From contig OY282368.1 of assembly GCA_958295725.1 (NCBI GenBank), positions 2,882,365-2,946,364 of the forward strand: a DNA stretch of 64,000 nt, given 5' to 3'. The stretch comes from an uncultured Alphaproteobacteria bacterium (GTDB lineage: Bacteria; Pseudomonadota; Alphaproteobacteria; UBA2966). The position numbers and the translations under genes are program-made. Numbering within the stretch: the stretch's first letter is position 1; each line of letters starts with the position of its first letter. Below are positions 59,158 to 64,000 of this stretch, one piece after another. The notes below the pieces were generated by a model. That model was not told the origin of the DNA and made no database searches. It saw only the letters and a program-made list of their open reading frames with translations.

Positions 59158-60582
59158 GTGATGGCAGACATGACGGATACGCCTCCGACACAGCCGCCGA
59201 TGACGAGCAGCCTTTCGGCGCGATTGCTCCTGCTCACCATCGCCTTCGTCATGCTCGCCGAGGTGCTGATCTTCGTGCCCTCGATCTCCCGTTTTCGCGC
59301 GGCGTATCTGGAGGAGCGGCTCGCGGCCGCCGAACTCGCGTCGCTGGCGCTCGAAGCGACGCCCGACAAGCTGGTCAGCGAAGATCTGGCGAGGGAACTG
59401 CTGTCGCATGCCCAGGCAAAGGCGGTGATCATAAAGGGACCCACCATGCGGCGACTGGTGCTGGCCGACGACCTGCCCAGGAACGTCGACGCCATGTACG
59501 ACCTCGGCGACGCGATGCCGCACGATCTGATCCGGGACGCGTTCGACGCGCTGCGTCCACGGCCCGACCGCACCATCCACGTGACCGGGCGCTCGCGCAA
59601 GAATCCGGAGCTCGTCATCGAGATCGTGCTCGACGAGGCCCCGCTCGTGGACGCCATGCACGACTACTCCTGGCGCATCGTGAGTCTGTCGGTGGCGATC
59701 TCCCTCATCACCGCGGGCCTGGTCTACGTCGCCCTGCAATGGCTCATGGTCCGGCCCATGAGACGGATCACCCGGAGCATGGTGGAGTTTCACGAGCGTC
59801 CCGAAGACGTCGACGCCACGATCATGCCCTCGACGCGGAAGGACGAAATCGGTCTGGCGCAACGCGAGCTGGCGCTCATGCAGGTCGACCTCAGGGCCTT
59901 GCTTCGGCAGAAGGACCGTCTCGCCACGCTCGGAACCGCGGTGACCAAGATCAGCCACGATCTCAGGAACATTCTGGCCACGGCGCGGCTGATCTCCGAT
60001 CGACTCGCCGACAGCACGGACCCGGAGGTCCGCCGGGCAGCGCCGACACTGGTTCGGGCGATCGACCGCGCCGTCGACCTGTTCAGCAATATCCTGAGTT
60101 TCGTCGGTCATGCCGACGGCAAGATTCATCGACGCAAGTTCGATCTGCGCGATCTTGTGGAGGACGTCGGACTGTCCATGGGCCTGTCGGAGGAAAGCGA
60201 CGTCAAGTGGTTCAACGAGATCGACTCGCCATTCCCGCTGTCGGCGGACCGCGAGCAGGTGTTCCGCGCGCTTCTGAACATCGGACGCAACGCCGTGGAG
60301 GCGATTCAGGGCGAGGACTCGGGCGCCGGGGGACGAGTCGAGATCACGGCGCGCCGGGAGAACGGAATGATCGCGGTCGATGTGACCGATGACGGTCCGG
60401 GGTTGGCCGACGAGCCGCGCGAGAGCCTCTTCCGGGCCTTCGTCAAATCGGAACGCGAAGGCAGTACGGGACTCGGACTCGTCATCGCCCGCGACGTGGC
60501 GTGGGCTCACGGCGGGGACGTGAGGCTCGTGGAGTCGGGTCCCGAAGGGACGCGGTTCCGCGTCGAACTCGCGGAGACATAG
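59158..60582 (+). CDS. Sensor histidine kinase with no adjacent response regulator
   Basis: Two TM segments flank a sensor domain of about 130 aa. It has an H-box (KISHDLRNIL), N box and G boxes (DDGPGL, GLGLVIARDV). The start among the N-terminal Met codons is uncertain. Confidence 0.85.
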   Translation: MMADMTDTPPTQPPMTSSLSARLLLLTIAFVMLAEVLIFVPSISRFRAAYLEERLAAAELASLALEATPDKLVSEDLARELLSHAQAKAVIIKGPTMRRLVLADDLPRNVDAMYDLGDAMPHDLIRDAFDALRPRPDRTIHVTGRSRKNPELVIEIVLDEAPLVDAMHDYSWRIVSLSVAISLITAGLVYVALQWLMVRPMRRITRSMVEFHERPEDVDATIMPSTRKDEIGLAQRELALMQVDLRALLRQKDRLATLGTAVTKISHDLRNILATARLISDRLADSTDPEVRRAAPTLVRAIDRAVDLFSNILSFVGHADGKIHRRKFDLRDLVEDVGLSMGLSEESDVKWFNEIDSPFPLSADREQVFRALLNIGRNAVEAIQGEDSGAGGRVEITARRENGMIAVDVTDDGPGLADEPRESLFRAFVKSEREGSTGLGLVIARDVAWAHGGDVRLVESGPEGTRFRVELAET

Positions 60583-60648
60583 GGCCGGGCGGTATCGGCG
60601 CGCCCGAGAGACCTTCCCCCGGCGGTTGAACAATCACGCGGTCGGCAA

Positions 60649-61656
60649 GTGCATCGCCCAGGTCCCAACAATCTGATCTCGGACGTGGACGGAATTCGCG
60701 TCGGCAACGCCGAGGACCATCGGGTTAGAACGGGCGTTACCGTGGTTCTTCCCGACCGGCCGGCGACGGCCGCCGTGGATGTCCGGGGTGGTGCCCCCGG
60801 CACGCACGAGACGGACGCCCTGGACCCGACATGCCTCGTCGAACGGGTCGACGCCGTCGTTCTGTCCGGAGGGTCCGCGTTCGGGTTGGAAGCCGCTTCC
60901 GGCGCGATGGCGTGGTTGCACGAACGCGGACGAGGTTTCGCCGTCGGCGACGCGCGCGTGCCGGTCGTGCCCGCTGCCATCCTGTTCGACCTGCTGAACG
61001 GCGGCGACAAGGAATGGGGGTCCACGCCTCCCTATCGAGGACTCTCCCGGGCGGCGTGCGATAATGTCGCCGCCAAGTTCCCGCTGGGCAACATCGGCGC
61101 TGGTGTCGGCGCCACGGCCGGCGATCTCAAGGGCGGTCTGGGAAGCGCGTCGTCCGTGTCGCCGAGCGGCCTGCGGGTCGGCGCTCTCGTGGCGGCCAAC
61201 CCATATGGATCGGTGGTGATGCCGGGGAGCGAAGCCTTCTGGGCCTGGCCGCTCGAACAGGGCGACGAGTTCGGGGGTGCGCGCCCGGACGGGTCGCACG
61301 CGGGCGAGGACTTCGAGGTCTCCGACGGGCCGGGAGTGGGGGCGAACACGACGGTCGCCGTCGTGGCGACGAACGCGAGCCTGGACGTCGCGCAAGCACT
61401 GCGTGTCGCTACCATGGCGCATGACGGGATCGCCCGTGCGGTCAGGCCCGCGCACACGCCCTTCGATGGCGATACGGTCTTCGCGCTTGCCACGGGCGAC
61501 GGACCGCACGAAGGTGCCGCGCGGGTAGCGGAGATCGGCATGAAGGCCGCCGATTGTCTGTCCCGCGCTATCGCCCGGGGCGTTTACGCGGCGGAAACCC
61601 TGGGGGGTAGCCCGGGTTACCGGTCCCGGCGCCGCGCGACGACCGAAGAAGCGTGA
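60649..61656 (+). CDS. P1-family peptidase (DmpA/S58 L-aminopeptidase-like)
   Basis: DmpA/OAT superfamily sequence (NLISDVDGIRVGN...TTVAVVATNA). The self-processing Ser/Thr region is conserved. Confidence 0.75.
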   Translation: MHRPGPNNLISDVDGIRVGNAEDHRVRTGVTVVLPDRPATAAVDVRGGAPGTHETDALDPTCLVERVDAVVLSGGSAFGLEAASGAMAWLHERGRGFAVGDARVPVVPAAILFDLLNGGDKEWGSTPPYRGLSRAACDNVAAKFPLGNIGAGVGATAGDLKGGLGSASSVSPSGLRVGALVAANPYGSVVMPGSEAFWAWPLEQGDEFGGARPDGSHAGEDFEVSDGPGVGANTTVAVVATNASLDVAQALRVATMAHDGIARAVRPAHTPFDGDTVFALATGDGPHEGAARVAEIGMKAADCLSRAIARGVYAAETLGGSPGYRSRRRATTEEA

Positions 61657-61668
61657 GGGGAGAGTCCC

Positions 61669-63150
61669 ATGAACAGAATTGCGGGCGGTCTGACCATCGC
61701 CATCGCCTTGACGATTTCTCATTTGGCCTTGGCGGCCAAGGATAGCGTCGTCGTGGGTATGCGCCTCGAGCCGCCGGGCCTGGACCCGACGAGGGGCGCG
61801 GCCGCGGCGATCAGCCAAATCACGCTCTACAACATCTTCGAGGGACTGACGCGGATCGACGAGCGCGGCGAGGTCGGACCCGGATTGGCGACCGATTGGA
61901 CCGTCTCGGACGACTTGAGGACCTTCACGTTCAAACTTCGGGAGGACGTCAGATTTTCGGACGGTAGCGCCTTCGATTCCGCCGACGCCAAGTTCACGTT
62001 CGAACGCAACGCGTCGGAGCGGAGCTCGAACAAGCGAAAGAGCCGGTTCGAGAACATGGAGAGTCTGGAGACTCCCGATCCGCGGACGCTCGTCATTCGC
62101 CTGAAGGAATCCAACCCGCTCCTGTTGTTCAATTTGGGAGAAAGCACGGCCGTCATCGTGGCGCCGGAAACCGCGGAGACGAACGCGACCCATCCCGTGG
62201 GAACGGGGCCGTTCAGGTTCGTGAAGTGGACCAAAGGCGATTCGGTGGTTCTCGAGAAGAACCCCCTTTATCGAAGCCCGGACGATATCGGGCTGAACAG
62301 GATCACGTTCAAATTCGTCGAAGACGCGCATGCCCAGGTGGCGGCGATGATGGTCGGGGACGTCGACGTGTTTCCACGCATCAGCGCCCTGGAGACACTG
62401 ACCCAATTCGAAAACGATCCGAGATTCCAGATCCTCCAGGGAACCACCGAGGGCGAGACCATCCTCTCGACGAACAACAAACGGCCGCCGCTTGACGACG
62501 TCCGGGTCCGCTGCGCCATCGCCCACGCCATCGACCGCGAGGAAATCATCGACGGGTCGGAGTTCGGCTACGCAACGCCGATCGGAAGCCATTTCCCGCC
62601 GCACCATCCGGCCTACGTCGACCTCACCGATCTCCGGGGCCATGACCTGGACAAGGCGCGCGCCCTGTTGAAGGAAGCCGGGTACGAAGACGATCTCGAG
62701 CTGACGCTCCAGTTGCCACCGCCCGAATACGCCCGGCGCAGCGGAGAAATCATCGCCGCTCAACTCGCCAAGGCGGGTATCGAGGTGAACATCGAGAACA
62801 TGCAATGGCCGCGCTGGCTGGACGTGGTCTACAAACAGAAGAACTACGACCTGAGCATCGTGAGCCATGTCGAGCCGAACGACATCAACATCTACGCCAA
62901 CCCGGATTATTACTTCCAGTACGACGATCGGGAGTTCCGCGACATCATCGCGAGGGCGGACACGGCCCTCGACACGAAGGAGCGTCACGCCCATCTCGGA
63001 GAAGCGCAGCGCAAGCTGGCAACGGATTGCGTGAACGGTTTTCTGTTCCAGTTGGCGAAGGCCGGAGTCGCGCGCCGCGAATTGAAGGGGTTGTGGCGGA
63101 ACTGGCCGTTGTTCGTGAACGACATGGCCGCGGTCCATTGGGAAGACTGA
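61669..63150 (+). CDS. ABC transporter substrate-binding protein, family 5 (peptide/nickel/opine type)
   Basis: Signal peptide and SBP_bac_5 fold motifs (TFKLREDVRFSDGS...GTGPFRFVKW). No cognate permease genes lie downstream within the window. Confidence 0.85.
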   Translation: MNRIAGGLTIAIALTISHLALAAKDSVVVGMRLEPPGLDPTRGAAAAISQITLYNIFEGLTRIDERGEVGPGLATDWTVSDDLRTFTFKLREDVRFSDGSAFDSADAKFTFERNASERSSNKRKSRFENMESLETPDPRTLVIRLKESNPLLLFNLGESTAVIVAPETAETNATHPVGTGPFRFVKWTKGDSVVLEKNPLYRSPDDIGLNRITFKFVEDAHAQVAAMMVGDVDVFPRISALETLTQFENDPRFQILQGTTEGETILSTNNKRPPLDDVRVRCAIAHAIDREEIIDGSEFGYATPIGSHFPPHHPAYVDLTDLRGHDLDKARALLKEAGYEDDLELTLQLPPPEYARRSGEIIAAQLAKAGIEVNIENMQWPRWLDVVYKQKNYDLSIVSHVEPNDINIYANPDYYFQYDDREFRDIIARADTALDTKERHAHLGEAQRKLATDCVNGFLFQLAKAGVARRELKGLWRNWPLFVNDMAAVHWED

Positions 63151-63304
63151 CGGTCGCGGCGTGCGCCGACCGTCCCCGACCGCGCGGCGCCACCGGCCCG
63201 AAGATCGGGAACCGGGCGCCGCCACGATGGCGGTTTCGATCGAACCGGGATCGGACGCCTTCGGAACGGGCCGCAGGAGATTCCGCCCCCATGGGCGGCG
63301 AACC

Positions 63305-64000
63305 CTATTGCACGTAGATGTGCACTTCACTGGTCGCCGCGTCGGCGCTGGTCGTCGCCGACAGGTTGACCCGGTTCGCCGAGAGCCCCATCTCCGTCAA
63401 CGTTCTCAGGACATCGTCGGCATGCCGCTTGGCCTTGGATGCGTTGAGTGCGTTCTCGGCCGGCGTGCCCTGCGAGGGCGTTACGGCGACGAGATCGAAG
63501 GTCGCCTGCGGGTGACGCTCGAGCGCGCGTGAAACCGCGTTGTACAACGCCTGCTGGTAGGGAACATCCGCGCGGTCGAACCGGACCACGACGAGGGGAC
63601 GACGCTCGGCCGCGGCGAGGTCCCCGCCACTACCCGACCGCGCGGCGGCAACCAGGGACGTCGCGGGAAAATACGCGCGACTCGACAGGCCCTGTCCATA
63701 ATACTCGCCGTTCTTGATGGCCAGCGAAAGCACCGTCAGGTTCCGGCGTTCGTTGCCGACATAGGCGGTCTGGCGGCCGACGTCTTCGCTCAACTCGTTG
63801 AGCAGCCGGTCGATCATGACCAGCGTCCGGTTGGTCTCATCCTCCAGGACGGCCAGTTGGCGGTGATCGTCGTCGATGGCCCCTTGCAGACCGTACGTCG
63901 CGCGGGTCGTCTCGAGCAGATAGGACACCATCGCCGAATCGGCCGCGACCGCGTTGGCCAGACCGTTCATCTCGACGATATCGAGACCGATCCGATCCAG
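63305..64000 (-). CDS. OmpA/MotB-like domain protein; the 5' end probably continues beyond the window
   Basis: The C-terminal ~110 aa (RRPLVVVRFDRADVPYQQALYNAVSRAL...SKAKRHADDVLRTLTEMGLSANRV) resembles a peptidoglycan-binding OmpA-C domain. Confidence 0.4.
   Translation of the reverse strand: MDRIGLDIVEMNGLANAVAADSAMVSYLLETTRATYGLQGAIDDDHRQLAVLEDETNRTLVMIDRLLNELSEDVGRQTAYVGNERRNLTVLSLAIKNGEYYGQGLSSRAYFPATSLVAAARSGSGGDLAAAERRPLVVVRFDRADVPYQQALYNAVSRALERHPQATFDLVAVTPSQGTPAENALNASKAKRHADDVLRTLTEMGLSANRVNLSATTSADAATSEVHIYVQ

Noticed and set aside
57631-60633. 1000-aa ORF on the - strand
   Set aside because: It is antisense to two well-supported + strand genes, the FAD disulfide oxidoreductase and the histidine kinase. 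It has low-complexity composition and no recognisable domains.

Overview
The window is a high-GC (about 65-70%) alphaproteobacterial chromosomal core segment; the gene content and order suggest Rhodospirillales or a relative. Almost all of it is densely packed housekeeping genes read from the provided ORF track after trimming over-extended starts and splitting fused ORFs.

Genes called, in order: pmbA (partial), ubiD, uvrB, a CaCA antiporter, an SDR next to folB, uvrC, pgsA, mobB-moeA-moaD-moaE, a NifU-like scaffold protein, ilvE, a MarR regulator, an OmpR/EnvZ-like two-component pair, csaA, a TetR regulator, proC, ybjN, ubiK, lgt, a midA-like methyltransferase, pgeF with a coupled lipoprotein, prs, rplY, pth, a MaoC-like protein, a dienelactone hydrolase, a methyltransferase-like gene, a fused aldolase/SDR with mtnA-apt-mtnP, petABC, hemF, tRNA-Glu(CUC), an SDR, two tandem nudC paralogs, an IS481-family element, the SRP RNA (ffs), dnaX, a disrupted island, ybaB-recR, rmuC, def-fmt-truA, a membrane protein, dapE, dapD, a HAD nucleotidase, argB, engB, yidC-yidD-rnpA-rpmH, an Lpd-like flavoprotein, a sensor kinase, a DmpA-like peptidase, a peptide-binding SBP, and a partial OmpA-like gene.

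Features not in the ORF track but supported by the sequence are tRNA-Glu, the 4.5S SRP RNA upstream of dnaX, rpmH (44 codons, GTG start), and two small ORFs inside the island.

The accessory content is small. There is one intact IS481-family element between nudC and ffs. There is a mosaic island in the normally tight dnaX-ybaB junction, built from split IS5-family transposase remnants around lower-GC cargo (an orphan lipoprotein and a 57-aa ORF). There is a degraded B12/radical-SAM-like pseudogene remnant and a methyltransferase-like gene of reduced GC.

No CRISPR array, restriction-modification locus, toxin-antitoxin pair or recognisable defence-system gene was found. The most interesting functional inference is a predicted DHAP-shunt arrangement for methylthioadenosine salvage, mtnP-apt-mtnA plus a fused class II aldolase/SDR protein. 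Other points worth a second look are the tandem, translationally coupled nudC paralogs next to the IS, an internally repeated lipoprotein coupled to lgt-midA-pgeF, and a strongly AT-rich block upstream of uvrC.
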